Made by a program: the position numbers and the translations under genes. A stretch of 64,000 nt of DNA from assembly GCA_045651685.1 (NCBI GenBank), contig JAZRSV010000027.1, positions 22,888 through 86,887 of the forward strand. Reading direction: 5' to 3'. Below the pieces are notes generated by a model. The model saw nothing but the letters and a program-made list of their open reading frames with translations, had not been told where the DNA came from and made no database searches. Shown here piece after piece: positions 37,372-47,272 of the stretch; positions within the stretch are counted from its first letter, which is position 1; every line of letters begins with the position of its first letter. This DNA is from Clostridia bacterium (lineage in GTDB: Bacteria > Bacillota > Clostridia > Christensenellales > UBA1242).

Positions 37372-38817
37372 ATGAATGTTGGTATTATTGACAGATTAAA
37401 CAAAATTAATAAAGAATTGTCCAAACGAAAAAATAACAATAAACTAGCTATGTACAACACCCAAGGCAAAGTTCACCAAAAGCAACTAGCCTTTCATAAG
37501 TGTCCTCAAAAAAACAGGTGGGTTTTTGGTGGCAACCGTAGTGGCAAGACAGAGTGTGGTGCAGTAGAAACGGTGTATATGGCAAGAGGTTGTCATCCAT
37601 ATAGGCAAAACAAACAAAACACAGTTGGTTGGGTAGTGTCTTTGTCTACACAGGTGCAAAGAGATGTAGCGCAAAAAAAAGTTTTGTATTATCTTAATCC
37701 AAGTTGGATAGTAGATGTTGTTATGTTAAGTGGAAAAAAGGACAATCCTAGTGGTGGGGTTATAGATTATATACAGATAAAAAACACTTTTGGTGGTGTT
37801 AGTACGATAGGCTTTAAGAGTTGCGATCAGGGTAGAGAAAAGTTTCAAGGCACTTCTCTTGATTATGTCTGGTTTGACGAAGAACCACCACAAGATATAT
37901 ATGACGAGTGCCGCATGAGAGTTTTGGACAAGGGTGGTGATATCTTTGGCACAATGACCCCGCTAAAAGGCCTTACTTGGGTGTATGACGAAATATACAT
38001 GAATTGCCACAATGACCCACAAGTTTGGTCGCAACATATGAATTGGCAAGACAACCCATATCTTGACCAACAACAGGTAAAAATGTTAGAAGAGTCAATG
38101 TCTCATGATCAATTAGAAAGTCGAAAATATGGCAAATTTGTAGGTGGTGGTGGGCTTGTGTATAATGAGTTTGACCCGAGTGTACATGTTATTGATCCAT
38201 TTGTTGTGCCAGTTGAGTGGTATGACAATATTTCTATTGACCCAGGCTTGCACAATCCACTTGCTTGTCATTGGTATGCTGTTGATTTTGATGGCAATGT
38301 ATATGTTATAGCAGAGCATTTTGATAAGGACAAAGACATTATTTATCACTCTAATTGTATCAAGCAAATATCCAAACAGCTTAACTGGCATACAAATAGT
38401 ACCGGCATGTATCAAGCACTAATAGACAGTGCTGCAACACAACGCACTTTGGCCTCGACAAAGAGTGTAGCAGAACTATTTTATGACAACGGCATATCTG
38501 TCAATGCAAAGGTAGACAAAGACTTATTTAGCGGCATTTCTAGGGTAAAAAGCTACCTAAAAGATGCCACAGGCAAGGCAAAGCTTTTTATATTTAGAAA
38601 TTGCACCAACCTAATAAGAGAGTTAAAAACATATTATTGGGCGCAAGATGACAGGCCGCAAAAAAAAGACGACCACTGCCTTGACGAATTAAGATACTAT
38701 ATTATGTCAAAACCAACAACAGCAAAAAGCAACCAACCAAAAAGCGCAATACAACTAGACAAAGAAAAACTATACAAAAAACTCAATAATAGCTTTCGAA
38801 GCCCGCACTATTACTAA
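37372..38817 (+). CDS. terL: phage terminase large subunit
   Basis: 481 aa; Walker A GGNRSGKTE; Walker B LDYVWFDEEP; coupling motif GTMTP; C-terminal nuclease-like region (IDSAA, DDHCLDELRY); RBS AAGGAG. Confidence 0.85.
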   Translation: MNVGIIDRLNKINKELSKRKNNNKLAMYNTQGKVHQKQLAFHKCPQKNRWVFGGNRSGKTECGAVETVYMARGCHPYRQNKQNTVGWVVSLSTQVQRDVAQKKVLYYLNPSWIVDVVMLSGKKDNPSGGVIDYIQIKNTFGGVSTIGFKSCDQGREKFQGTSLDYVWFDEEPPQDIYDECRMRVLDKGGDIFGTMTPLKGLTWVYDEIYMNCHNDPQVWSQHMNWQDNPYLDQQQVKMLEESMSHDQLESRKYGKFVGGGGLVYNEFDPSVHVIDPFVVPVEWYDNISIDPGLHNPLACHWYAVDFDGNVYVIAEHFDKDKDIIYHSNCIKQISKQLNWHTNSTGMYQALIDSAATQRTLASTKSVAELFYDNGISVNAKVDKDLFSGISRVKSYLKDATGKAKLFIFRNCTNLIRELKTYYWAQDDRPQKKDDHCLDELRYYIMSKPTTAKSNQPKSAIQLDKEKLYKKLNNSFRSPHYY

Positions 38818-38850
38818 TAGTGTAGGCTTTTTTATATAAAGGGAGAAAAT

Positions 38851-39183
38851 ATGCCAAGTTTATCAAAAAAAACAAAAAGTAAAAAGTCAATTTTGGAGCC
38901 TAATATAAGTCAAGACGAAGTGATAAAACAAGCTTTGTATAAAAAAGCTATGGGTTATATCAGTCAAGAAATTATAGAAGAATATGTCACCGAAGATAGC
39001 GAGCTTATTTTGTCCAAACGCAAAGTCACCAGCAAAGAAGTTCCACCTGACATACCAGCAGTAAAAACTCTTATAGAGATGCTCGGTGCCAAAGATGACA
39101 TAACCAACATGACCGACGAAGAGTTGTTGCAAGAAAGGCAAAAACTTTTACAGTTATTGCAAAAGGAAAACGAAGATGGATAA
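38851..39183 (+). CDS. hypothetical phage protein (weak small-terminase-like resemblance)
   Basis: 110 aa; basic N-terminus; the segment KEVPPDIPAVKTLIEML loosely recalls the K.LPPD..A...WL motif of some small terminases; RBS AAGGGAG. Confidence 0.35.
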   Translation: MPSLSKKTKSKKSILEPNISQDEVIKQALYKKAMGYISQEIIEEYVTEDSELILSKRKVTSKEVPPDIPAVKTLIEMLGAKDDITNMTDEELLQERQKLLQLLQKENEDG

Positions 39184-39343
39184 ATGTATTTTATGCAATG
39201 CACCTGGCACAAAAATATATGCAAGTTCAAAACACATAATTTTGTGCAAAACTTGTAGCAAAAAGTTATATCAAAGTTTGGCAAAAAACATCGTGCCAAA
39301 AAGTCCTACAAATATTTTTCTCAACACAAAAAAGGAATTTTAA
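39176..39343 (+). CDS. unlisted 55-aa zinc-ribbon-like ORF (CxxC...CxxC)
   Basis: My own translation: MDKCILCNAPGTKIYASSKHIILCKTCSKKLYQSLAKNIVPKSPTNIFLNTKKEF. The ATG overlaps the upstream stop (ATGGATAA), and the stop lies 1 nt before the portal ATG. AAGGA lies 8 nt upstream. It falls below the ORF-track length cut-off. Confidence 0.45.
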   Translation: MDKCILCNAPGTKIYASSKHIILCKTCSKKLYQSLAKNIVPKSPTNIFLNTKKEF

Positions 39344-39344
39344 C

Positions 39345-41246
39345 ATGCAAAAAAAATTACAACAAAAACAAGACCAAATTATAAAAAATCTAATTCAAGA
39401 AGTACAAAATGACTTCAAAAATCGTCAAGCAGAACGCAAAAATTTTGAAGCACAATGGCGACTAAATAGCAACTTTCTTATGGGCAATCAGTATTGTGCA
39501 ATTAACAATCTAAACGAAGTAGAAGATTACCAAAAACAATATTTTTGGCAAGAGAGAGAAGTTTTTAATCATATTGCACCTTTGTACGAAGCTCGCTTTG
39601 CCAAGCTTGCTAGAGTTAGGCCAAAGATGAAGGTAGTGCCTACAAGCACTCAAGAAAACGATATAAAAACAGCAAAAATGAGCAAAGACATTATCGAAAG
39701 TGTTTATCAAAAGCTAAATCTTACTCACATCATACAAGAAGTGACCAAATGGAGCGAGATATGTGGTACTGGTTTTTACAAAATTTTGTGGAACAATCTA
39801 GGTGGTAGAATTATTGCTAGAGACAAAAATTCGCAACCAGTATACGAAGGAGAAGTTCAAGTAGTTGCCGTGCCACCATATGAGATTTTTCCAGAAAGTA
39901 GCTGTAGTAGTGATATATCTGATTGTGCAAGTATTATTCATGCCAAGGCGTATAATGTCCAAACTATAAAAAACATCTGGGGCGTAGATGTTATGCCAGA
40001 AGATATAGATGTATTTTCTTTAGACAACTCGCAAGTTGCCGGTGGTCTAGGGTACAAATCTACTACTGTAAAGGTAGTAAATAGTATTAAACCAAATCAC
40101 GCTATTGTTATCGAAAAGTACGAAGCACCTACAACAAAATACCCTAACGGCAGATTGATTATTGTATGTCAAGATAAGTTATTACATCTTGATGAGTTGC
40201 CTTTTGTTAACGAAGCAGATAACAAAAGAGGTTATCCATTTGTTAGACAAATATCTAACGAGCAAGCTGGATGTTTTTGGGGTGTTAGCATCATCGAAAG
40301 AGTTATACCTGTACAAAGAGCTTACAATGCAGTAAAAAACCGCAAACACGAATTTCTTAATAGATTGTCTATGGGTATATTAACAGTAGAAGATGGCTCT
40401 GTAGATACTGACAACTTGGAGATAGAAGGTCTATCACCAGGCAAAGTTTTGGTTTATAGGCAAGGATCTAATCCACCTAGCATTATGACAGATAGCTCTG
40501 TACCAGCAGATTTTACTACCGAAGAACAACGCCTATTAGATGAGTTTGCAGAGATAAGTGGTGTTAGCGAAATTATGCGCAACAACTCTGTCACTGCAAG
40601 CAACTTAAGTGGTATTGCATTGCAACTTTTGATAGAACAAGATGATGCAAGACTTACTGCAACTGCAGACAATATCAAAAACGCAGTAAAGGGTGTGGCA
40701 AAACATGTTTTAAGACTATACAAACAGTTTGCTACAACTCCAAGATTGGGCAAGTTGTCTAACGATGAGGGCGGCGTAGATATGTTTTATTTTATAAATA
40801 ATGACATCTCTAGCGAAGATATAACTTTCGAAACCGAAAACGAAATTGGCGAAACTTTAGCTCAAAAACGCAGTATGATTTTTGAACTATTAAACGCCGG
40901 TTTGCTTAATGACGAAGATGGCAAAATGTCTAATTCTACTAGACACAAAGTGCTAGAATTGTTGGGTTTTGGTATTTGGGAAAATAGCGTAGATCTAAAA
41001 ACCCTTCAAATCAAATACGCCGACAAAGAAAATCTTATGTTAATTAACACTCCAAAACTTGTCGAAGTGACCGAGATTGATGACCATTTGCTACATATCA
41101 ACGAACATATCGGTTTTATGTTAACTAAAGAGTACGAAGAGTACAAGGCAAAAAGTCCAAACATTAAAGAAAAATTTTTGGCACATATACGACTACACAA
41201 GGCATATCTAGAACAAAACTCACAAGGAGAAGATAATGGAAGATAA
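39345..41246 (+). CDS. phage portal protein (by size and position)
   Basis: 633 aa; immediately downstream of the terminase module and upstream of the scaffold- and capsid-like genes. No diagnostic motif was checked. Confidence 0.65.
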   Translation: MQKKLQQKQDQIIKNLIQEVQNDFKNRQAERKNFEAQWRLNSNFLMGNQYCAINNLNEVEDYQKQYFWQEREVFNHIAPLYEARFAKLARVRPKMKVVPTSTQENDIKTAKMSKDIIESVYQKLNLTHIIQEVTKWSEICGTGFYKILWNNLGGRIIARDKNSQPVYEGEVQVVAVPPYEIFPESSCSSDISDCASIIHAKAYNVQTIKNIWGVDVMPEDIDVFSLDNSQVAGGLGYKSTTVKVVNSIKPNHAIVIEKYEAPTTKYPNGRLIIVCQDKLLHLDELPFVNEADNKRGYPFVRQISNEQAGCFWGVSIIERVIPVQRAYNAVKNRKHEFLNRLSMGILTVEDGSVDTDNLEIEGLSPGKVLVYRQGSNPPSIMTDSSVPADFTTEEQRLLDEFAEISGVSEIMRNNSVTASNLSGIALQLLIEQDDARLTATADNIKNAVKGVAKHVLRLYKQFATTPRLGKLSNDEGGVDMFYFINNDISSEDITFETENEIGETLAQKRSMIFELLNAGLLNDEDGKMSNSTRHKVLELLGFGIWENSVDLKTLQIKYADKENLMLINTPKLVEVTEIDDHLLHINEHIGFMLTKEYEEYKAKSPNIKEKFLAHIRLHKAYLEQNSQGEDNGR

Positions 41247-41871
41247 AACAATTTTGGAACAACTACCAGATAGTGAGCCTTGCCACCAAGGTGCAGATGC
41301 ACAACAAGATAATGGGTGTGACAGCAAACAAGGTAGCTCCAACAATATAGGTAAGTTTAAGGATGAAAAGTCGCTTTTGCAAGCATACAACAATTTGCAA
41401 AGCGAATTTACCAAAAAGTGCCAAGCACTATCTCAACTTGCCAAACAATTAGAAGAAAACAAAATTAACAATTTGCCTTCTAAACAACAAATAATTGCGC
41501 AAAAACTTGATCAACTAACACAAGATTATAGCAACTTTGCCAGTTATAAAGATGACATTTTGGCGCTAGTTGATAGCGAGTGTCAAGACATAGAAAAAGC
41601 CGTCTATGACGCCATGTCAAAGTTTGCTATAAACAATTTCAAAACTGCCCAAAACTACGCTAGCGAAGAGGGCTTTTTAGAAAAGTATATTTATAGCAAC
41701 GAAAATATAAAACAAAAAATAATACAAAAATATTTTGAAAACACAACTCTAAATCAAGCTCCTAATATTATTGCCAGACATGTTGGTTCAAAAAGTATAG
41801 TAAGTCCAAAGCAATCGCCAAAAAGCATAAGAGATGCTGGCAATATTGCTAGGGCCTTGTTTGGAGACTAA
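41236..41871 (+). CDS. scaffolding-like protein
   Basis: 211 aa; acidic, helical, coiled-coil-like composition; overlaps the portal stop; sits directly before the capsid-like gene. Confidence 0.5.
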   Translation: MEDKTILEQLPDSEPCHQGADAQQDNGCDSKQGSSNNIGKFKDEKSLLQAYNNLQSEFTKKCQALSQLAKQLEENKINNLPSKQQIIAQKLDQLTQDYSNFASYKDDILALVDSECQDIEKAVYDAMSKFAINNFKTAQNYASEEGFLEKYIYSNENIKQKIIQKYFENTTLNQAPNIIARHVGSKSIVSPKQSPKSIRDAGNIARALFGD

Positions 41872-41882
41872 AGGAGAAAAGT

Positions 41883-43049
41883 ATGGTAACATTAACCAGC
41901 GCACAAGACGCTCTAAAAACAGTTTATTTGGGTGTTGTAAGCGATCAACTTAATACTAATGCCAATCCACTTTTATCAAAGATTAATCAAACAACCCGCG
42001 ATGTATGGGGCAAAGAAGTAAGAAAATTAGCTCCATATGGTATTAATGGTGGTATTGGTGCAGGCAGTGAAGATGGCAAATTGCCAAAAGCTGCAGCAAA
42101 CAACTATGTACAATATGTTAGTACTCTAAAAAACTTGTATGGCACAATCGAGTTGTCAGACAAAGCAATAAGAGCATCTCAAAACAATGCAGGTGCTTTT
42201 GTTAACCTTCTTAACGATGAAATGGAAGGCCTTATCAAAGCTAGTAGCTTTAACTTGGGTCGTATGTTATATGGTGATGGTAGTGGTAAAGTAGCATATG
42301 CTGCTGACGGTCCTACTGCAAGCAACCAAACAGCTCCAGTAAAATTAGATTCTACCCGCAATGTTATCGAAGGTATGATTATTGACTCTTACTTTGGTGA
42401 GTCATATATGGGTGACTCTTCTAACAAAAGAATTGTAAGTATCAACAGAGAAACCAAAGAAGTTACATTTGACGCAAAAGGTTCTTTTGCAAAAGACTAT
42501 GCGTTTTATGTCCAAGGTTCAAGAAATAAAGAAATCACTGGTCTTGGTGCAATCTTTAGTGACAATTCAACTTTGTATGGCGTGGATAAAACAAAATATC
42601 TATGGATGAACCCTTACAAAACTACAGCCGAAACTCTAGATGACGAAGTTATACAAACAGCTATCGATGCCGTTGACGAAACTGCAGGCAGTGTTGTTGA
42701 CTTTATTGTATGTTCTTCTAAAGTTAAGCGCATATATCAAAAATATCTTCAAACATACAGAAGAAATATTGATGTTATGGATCTTAATGGTGGTTATAAG
42801 GCTATCTCATACAATGGTATACCTCTAGTATCAGATAGATTTGTAGAAGAAGACACTATGTATCTACTAAACACCAAAGAGTTTAATTTGCATCAACTAT
42901 GTGACTGGAGATGGCTTGAAGGTGATGATGGTCACATTATCAAACAAATTCCAGGCTATCCAACATATACAGCTACATTAGTAAAATATGCCGAACTTGT
43001 TTGCGATAAACCAAATGGTCAAGCAAAAATTTCTGGTATTGTACAATAA
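41883..43049 (+). CDS. major capsid protein (putative HK97-fold)
   Basis: 388 aa; position after the scaffold-like gene; strong RBS AAAGGAGAA; strong terminator immediately downstream; the LYGDGSG-containing central region recalls phage capsid families. Assigned from memory only. Confidence 0.65.
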   Translation: MVTLTSAQDALKTVYLGVVSDQLNTNANPLLSKINQTTRDVWGKEVRKLAPYGINGGIGAGSEDGKLPKAAANNYVQYVSTLKNLYGTIELSDKAIRASQNNAGAFVNLLNDEMEGLIKASSFNLGRMLYGDGSGKVAYAADGPTASNQTAPVKLDSTRNVIEGMIIDSYFGESYMGDSSNKRIVSINRETKEVTFDAKGSFAKDYAFYVQGSRNKEITGLGAIFSDNSTLYGVDKTKYLWMNPYKTTAETLDDEVIQTAIDAVDETAGSVVDFIVCSSKVKRIYQKYLQTYRRNIDVMDLNGGYKAISYNGIPLVSDRFVEEDTMYLLNTKEFNLHQLCDWRWLEGDDGHIIKQIPGYPTYTATLVKYAELVCDKPNGQAKISGIVQ

Positions 43050-43060
43050 TAACAACAAAA

Positions 43061-43093
43061 CAAAGGCAGACATTTTTGTCTGCCTTGTTTTTT
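43061..43093 (+). terminator. strong rho-independent terminator immediately after the capsid-like gene
   Basis: about 10-bp stem AAGGCAGACA / TGTCTGCCTT with TTTT loop, followed by TTTTTT. Confidence 0.9.
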
Positions 43094-43113
43094 AATAAAA
43101 GGAAAAATAAAAA

Positions 43114-43479
43114 ATGTCTCTTATCAAAATAACTAATGACATGTTTAATATAGCAAACAGAATAAAGCAAGTTGACCCGTATTATTTTGTTGTATATGAC
43201 ACAGTCAAAAAAACATATCAACTGCATCATAGCAAGCAAAGGTTTAGTAGTTATTGCTTGACTTTGGGGCCAAAACTAAATGTTGGCGCTGTATACAAAG
43301 CACAACAAACAACTCAAAGAAACTTTGAAAAAATAATTAAACAGCTAGAGCAAGAAAATGACTACAAGCAGCAACAACAAACAAAGTCTCTCATGGGTGA
43401 GGCGCAGTGCAAACTTGCCAGCTACATTAACTATATTAACTACAGCTCAAAAACAATTGATTTTGATAAGCTTGACTAA
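43114..43479 (+). CDS. hypothetical phage-cassette protein
   Basis: 121 aa; RBS AAAAGGAAAA; no recognised domain. Confidence 0.45.
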   Translation: MSLIKITNDMFNIANRIKQVDPYYFVVYDTVKKTYQLHHSKQRFSSYCLTLGPKLNVGAVYKAQQTTQRNFEKIIKQLEQENDYKQQQQTKSLMGEAQCKLASYINYINYSSKTIDFDKLD

Positions 43480-43493
43480 AAGGAGATTTTTGT

Positions 43494-44063
43494 ATGACTG
43501 TTAAAGAAGTTTTAACTCTTGCAACTGCTTTTCTTAATTTGCAAACCGAGTTTGAAGGGTTAATTAATGGGGTAGGTTCTGCAGATGCCAGAACTCAAAA
43601 AGAATTTGACAATTTGCAACTAGCACTTAACTTGTGCTACCAAGACATCGCACAAAACTATTTGCCACTGCTTTATACACAAGAGCTAACTATAGAAAAT
43701 AACAAAATATATTTAAGTGACATAACTAAAGAACTTTGCCAAGTATATTCTATAACAAGTATAGATGGTAAAAAGGGTTATAAGTTCAAAGTATTTGACA
43801 ACTATATCGATACCAATGTTAATGGCCTTGTAAAAATAACATATAGTTATGTGCCTGTCAAACTTAACCTTAATGACACCATCAACAATTTTGCCGGTAG
43901 AATTTCTAAAAAGTGTTTAGCTATGGGCACAGTTAGTGAGTATTGTTATATAAGTGGTTTGTACGAGGATGCTGCTTTGTGGGGCGAAAGATACAAAGAC
44001 GATCTAAAAACAGAAACTCGAAAAAGGGGAGAAATTGTCTTACCTAAAAGAAGGTGGTTTTAG
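43494..44063 (+). CDS. hypothetical phage-cassette protein (possible head completion/connector by position)
   Basis: 189 aa; RBS AAAGGAG; position after the capsid gene. Confidence 0.45.
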   Translation: MTVKEVLTLATAFLNLQTEFEGLINGVGSADARTQKEFDNLQLALNLCYQDIAQNYLPLLYTQELTIENNKIYLSDITKELCQVYSITSIDGKKGYKFKVFDNYIDTNVNGLVKITYSYVPVKLNLNDTINNFAGRISKKCLAMGTVSEYCYISGLYEDAALWGERYKDDLKTETRKRGEIVLPKRRWF

Positions 44064-45551
44064 ATGTTTTATAAAAATTTGCCAAAAACAAAAAAATTAA
44101 AATATATCGATATAAAGCTAAATCCTATCAAATTTGATGATAATAAAAACGAAGCAATAAAGACAAAACAAACATACAACTTTGTTTTTGATAACAATAA
44201 GCTAAAGCATAGTATAGGTTTGCGATCTATGACTTTGCCAAATTCTGAAGTGTCAGACAGCCCAAACGAAAGAAGTATTATATTTGATAAGGGTAGTGAC
44301 ATTGTAGGTGTATGGGCATATAAGTATATCAGTCAAGAATATCAAAAAAAGCAATACTCTTTTGTTGTGTATTGTGCCAACAAGGCACTATATTGGTTTA
44401 AGATGTTTTCGCAAGATTGCTATTTGCATACACTCTATGACAAAACATTGGAGCAAAAACCAACAGTAATTAATTATAATCTTAATGGCAGAGATATACT
44501 TATATTTAGCTCACCACAAGATGGCATGATGGTGTGGGATGGCGATGTAGTTTTAGAAAAAATAGCTACAGCTCCGACCGTTAGGTCGATGTGTTTGCAC
44601 AAAGAAAGATTGTTTGCAATTGTAGAAAATTCTGCCAACATTATCCAATATAGCAAAAATTTGGACCCGACCAATTGGTTTGTCACTGGAAACGCCGAAG
44701 ATTCAGGGGTTATAACAATTTCCGACCAAATGGGCGATATGAATAAGATAGTTAGTTTTATGGGTTATTTATACATTTTTAGAGATTATGGCATAACCAA
44801 GCTAGCTTTTTATGACGAAGATGGCCAATATGCAATTTCGCAATTATTTTACTCTGGCAGTAGGATATATGCTGACACTGTTTGTGTATGTGGTGACAAT
44901 ATTTATTTTATGACAAATGATGGTGTTTATATGTTTGATGGCATCAATACCAAACAACTAAATTTGCAAAGTTTGACCATATCAAAATGTAGCAATAACA
45001 ATGCAACAGCTTGTTTTCATGCTGGCAAATATTATGTCGCTTGCAAACTAGATTATAACGACCAATCACAAGTCGGTGACGAAAATAATACAAACTGTGT
45101 TAACAATAGTTTGCTTGTCATAGACACATCAGAGCAGAGTGTTGATATAGTAAGGGGTGTCGATATATCTTGTATGTTGCCAGTTGATATCGAAAATATT
45201 TCTAAAGTATTTTGTTGCAAAAGAGGCGAGCACGCAGATGCTGTTTCAGAGTTTACTTATGACGGCAAAAATTATGACTTGCCATTGCCAAAGGTGTGGC
45301 AGTCTTCTTTGACTACTTTGGATAATATTGATAAAGCAAAAATTGTTAAAGAACTTTTTATACAAAGTCAATACGATTGCAATGTCACTATCAAGACAGC
45401 TGATTTTGAAAAAACATATTTTGTAAAAGGTCACAAAAAACCACAACGCATAAGAGTTGGTATCAGAGGCAAACTTATTGGCATAGATATAACTGCAGAT
45501 GATAAAGCAGACATTGTGCCACCAACTTTGCGCGTAGGTGTGGAGGTGTAA
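44064..45551 (+). CDS. hypothetical phage-cassette structural protein, beta-rich/propeller-like
   Basis: 495 aa; start abuts the previous stop; recurring hydrophobic-Gly/Asp beta-strand motifs (GDNIYFMTNDGVYMFDG, GKYYVACKLDY); no recognised family. Confidence 0.45.
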   Translation: MFYKNLPKTKKLKYIDIKLNPIKFDDNKNEAIKTKQTYNFVFDNNKLKHSIGLRSMTLPNSEVSDSPNERSIIFDKGSDIVGVWAYKYISQEYQKKQYSFVVYCANKALYWFKMFSQDCYLHTLYDKTLEQKPTVINYNLNGRDILIFSSPQDGMMVWDGDVVLEKIATAPTVRSMCLHKERLFAIVENSANIIQYSKNLDPTNWFVTGNAEDSGVITISDQMGDMNKIVSFMGYLYIFRDYGITKLAFYDEDGQYAISQLFYSGSRIYADTVCVCGDNIYFMTNDGVYMFDGINTKQLNLQSLTISKCSNNNATACFHAGKYYVACKLDYNDQSQVGDENNTNCVNNSLLVIDTSEQSVDIVRGVDISCMLPVDIENISKVFCCKRGEHADAVSEFTYDGKNYDLPLPKVWQSSLTTLDNIDKAKIVKELFIQSQYDCNVTIKTADFEKTYFVKGHKKPQRIRVGIRGKLIGIDITADDKADIVPPTLRVGVEV

Positions 45552-45552
45552 T

Positions 45553-46848
45553 ATGATTGATACACTTTCGCTTGGCAAACAATCTTATGTTATGTGCCAA
45601 GATATTGCCGAACAACTTAACTTTTCAAAAACAAAAACTAACAGTGGTAGTAGTGTTTGTTTGATTGGTGGCATTGGCGAACATAGAGTAATAAAAAAAC
45701 ATATTAGTTTATCTAACGAACCTAACAAACTTATTAACTATGTCGTTGGTGTAAGAGTTGTGCAGACTTCTGTAGATGAGCAGTTTGAGGTGATAATAAA
45801 ATTTGACGATGCTATTGTTTCAAGGTCTTTTTTTGTCGCTAGCAATGGCTGCGGTAGTTGTTGTAATATCTTTAGCTATACTAGCAGCAATAGTGCTATC
45901 AATGTATCAGTCGCTGTGTGTTCTACCCAAAGTGATACATCTTTTTTTGTAGATCAAATAATAATTTCTACCAACACTAGCAATCTAAAAGTTAGTTATC
46001 CCAACAAATGTAGCAAAGACAACTTTTTGAGATTTAGCCTTGGTTATCTTGGCGAAGGCAACTATCAAAATATCGGCAAAGCATACAATATAGCATTTGA
46101 GCAAGATGGCACATTGTATGCTGGGGTTATGCCTAGTGAAATTTTTGATATTCAGCGACTAAATCTCATAGACAGCAAAGATGCAACATCTTTTTGCGCA
46201 TATTCTACTTGTGACGGATTGGATTTTGGTATTGCTATGCTTGCTAGTTCTTCTGATACAAAGAGCTATAACTATAACCACAAAACTACTACAAAAAAAT
46301 CAATTAACTTGCATTACTACAAAGATATTGATGTGGCACCTTGTTTTAACGACCAAAATAGCGATATTAACTGTCAAGCAGTTTATTTGCAAGACGGCCA
46401 GTATGTATATTATCAAATGAAAGATCTAGTGCCGGTCGAAGGCTACTCGCTAAATATTGACCCTGCCATGGTAAAAAAACTTTGTCTATGCAAACCAAAA
46501 CAAGCGGAGCATATTGTGTCATATGCGCCAATTCTTATGCTAGACACATCTAACAAGCTGCATGTGTATCATGATTTCTTGCATATGGACAATTCGTTTG
46601 AGATATCTGTGGTAGACGATATGTTTTGTACATATGGGGCAACTATCAATGATTTGGAGATATATTTGAGCAGGTATGATGGTTGCTACAAATATTGTCT
46701 TTCGTACAACACGGCAACCCAAAAGTATAGTCAAACTTCGATTACTAAAATTGGTATGTTTGATATGTATTATCCAGGCTTTGACAATGATGCCTTTTAT
46801 ATAAAAGACCAAGTTATCTATTTTACCAAAAATAGGGATTTGTTATGA
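45553..46848 (+). CDS. hypothetical phage-cassette structural protein
   Basis: ORF track 45538-46848; ATG at 45553 follows GGAGGTG and lies 1 nt after the previous stop; Cys/Ser/Asn-rich; no recognised family. Confidence 0.45.
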   Translation: MIDTLSLGKQSYVMCQDIAEQLNFSKTKTNSGSSVCLIGGIGEHRVIKKHISLSNEPNKLINYVVGVRVVQTSVDEQFEVIIKFDDAIVSRSFFVASNGCGSCCNIFSYTSSNSAINVSVAVCSTQSDTSFFVDQIIISTNTSNLKVSYPNKCSKDNFLRFSLGYLGEGNYQNIGKAYNIAFEQDGTLYAGVMPSEIFDIQRLNLIDSKDATSFCAYSTCDGLDFGIAMLASSSDTKSYNYNHKTTTKKSINLHYYKDIDVAPCFNDQNSDINCQAVYLQDGQYVYYQMKDLVPVEGYSLNIDPAMVKKLCLCKPKQAEHIVSYAPILMLDTSNKLHVYHDFLHMDNSFEISVVDDMFCTYGATINDLEIYLSRYDGCYKYCLSYNTATQKYSQTSITKIGMFDMYYPGFDNDAFYIKDQVIYFTKNRDLL

Positions 46849-47081
46849 TAATTTATTCAAAACCAGCACACTATCTAGCTCAAAAAAATTTGTTCTACCA
46901 GCAGCAAAAGCAAAAGAGAGGGGGAAAGTTTATGTTTAATTATAAATTTGATGATGTATTTACCGAAAAAACAGTTGAACTTGTTGAAGAAAAAGTTGTG
47001 AAAGATCAGCCGTTAGAGCCTATTGTTGATTTGGACCCTAGCAAAAGCGATATTATATGTGGGAAGAAATCTTTAGAGTAG
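46845..47081 (+). CDS. small hypothetical protein (alternative start 46932)
   Basis: 78 aa; the ATGA overlap with the upstream stop suggests coupling; an internal ATG at 46932 has a better RBS (GAGGGGGAAAG). Confidence 0.35.
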   Translation: MIIYSKPAHYLAQKNLFYQQQKQKRGGKFMFNYKFDDVFTEKTVELVEEKVVKDQPLEPIVDLDPSKSDIICGKKSLE

Positions 47082-47272
47082 CTTTGTCTAATGGTTTGTG
47101 GGCGGCGTTGTTTGTAGGATTGTTAGTATTTCAATTAAAAGACAGTGCAAAAAGAGAAAAGAAATATCAAGATACTATTTCGAAACTAAACGAGCATCTC
47201 GATGCTGTAAGCGACATCAAAGAAGAGATAAAAGAAATACGCGCTTGCTTGGTAAAAGGAGATAAAAAATGA
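47057..47272 (+). CDS. BhlA/UviB-family holin-like protein
   Basis: 71 aa; single N-terminal TM. The pattern NGLWAALFVGLLVFQLKDSAKREKKY closely parallels my recollection of the BhlA family (..G.FA.LF..LL...K.S.ERE.K), followed by a coiled C-terminus. Confidence 0.7.
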   Translation: MWEEIFRVALSNGLWAALFVGLLVFQLKDSAKREKKYQDTISKLNEHLDAVSDIKEEIKEIRACLVKGDKK

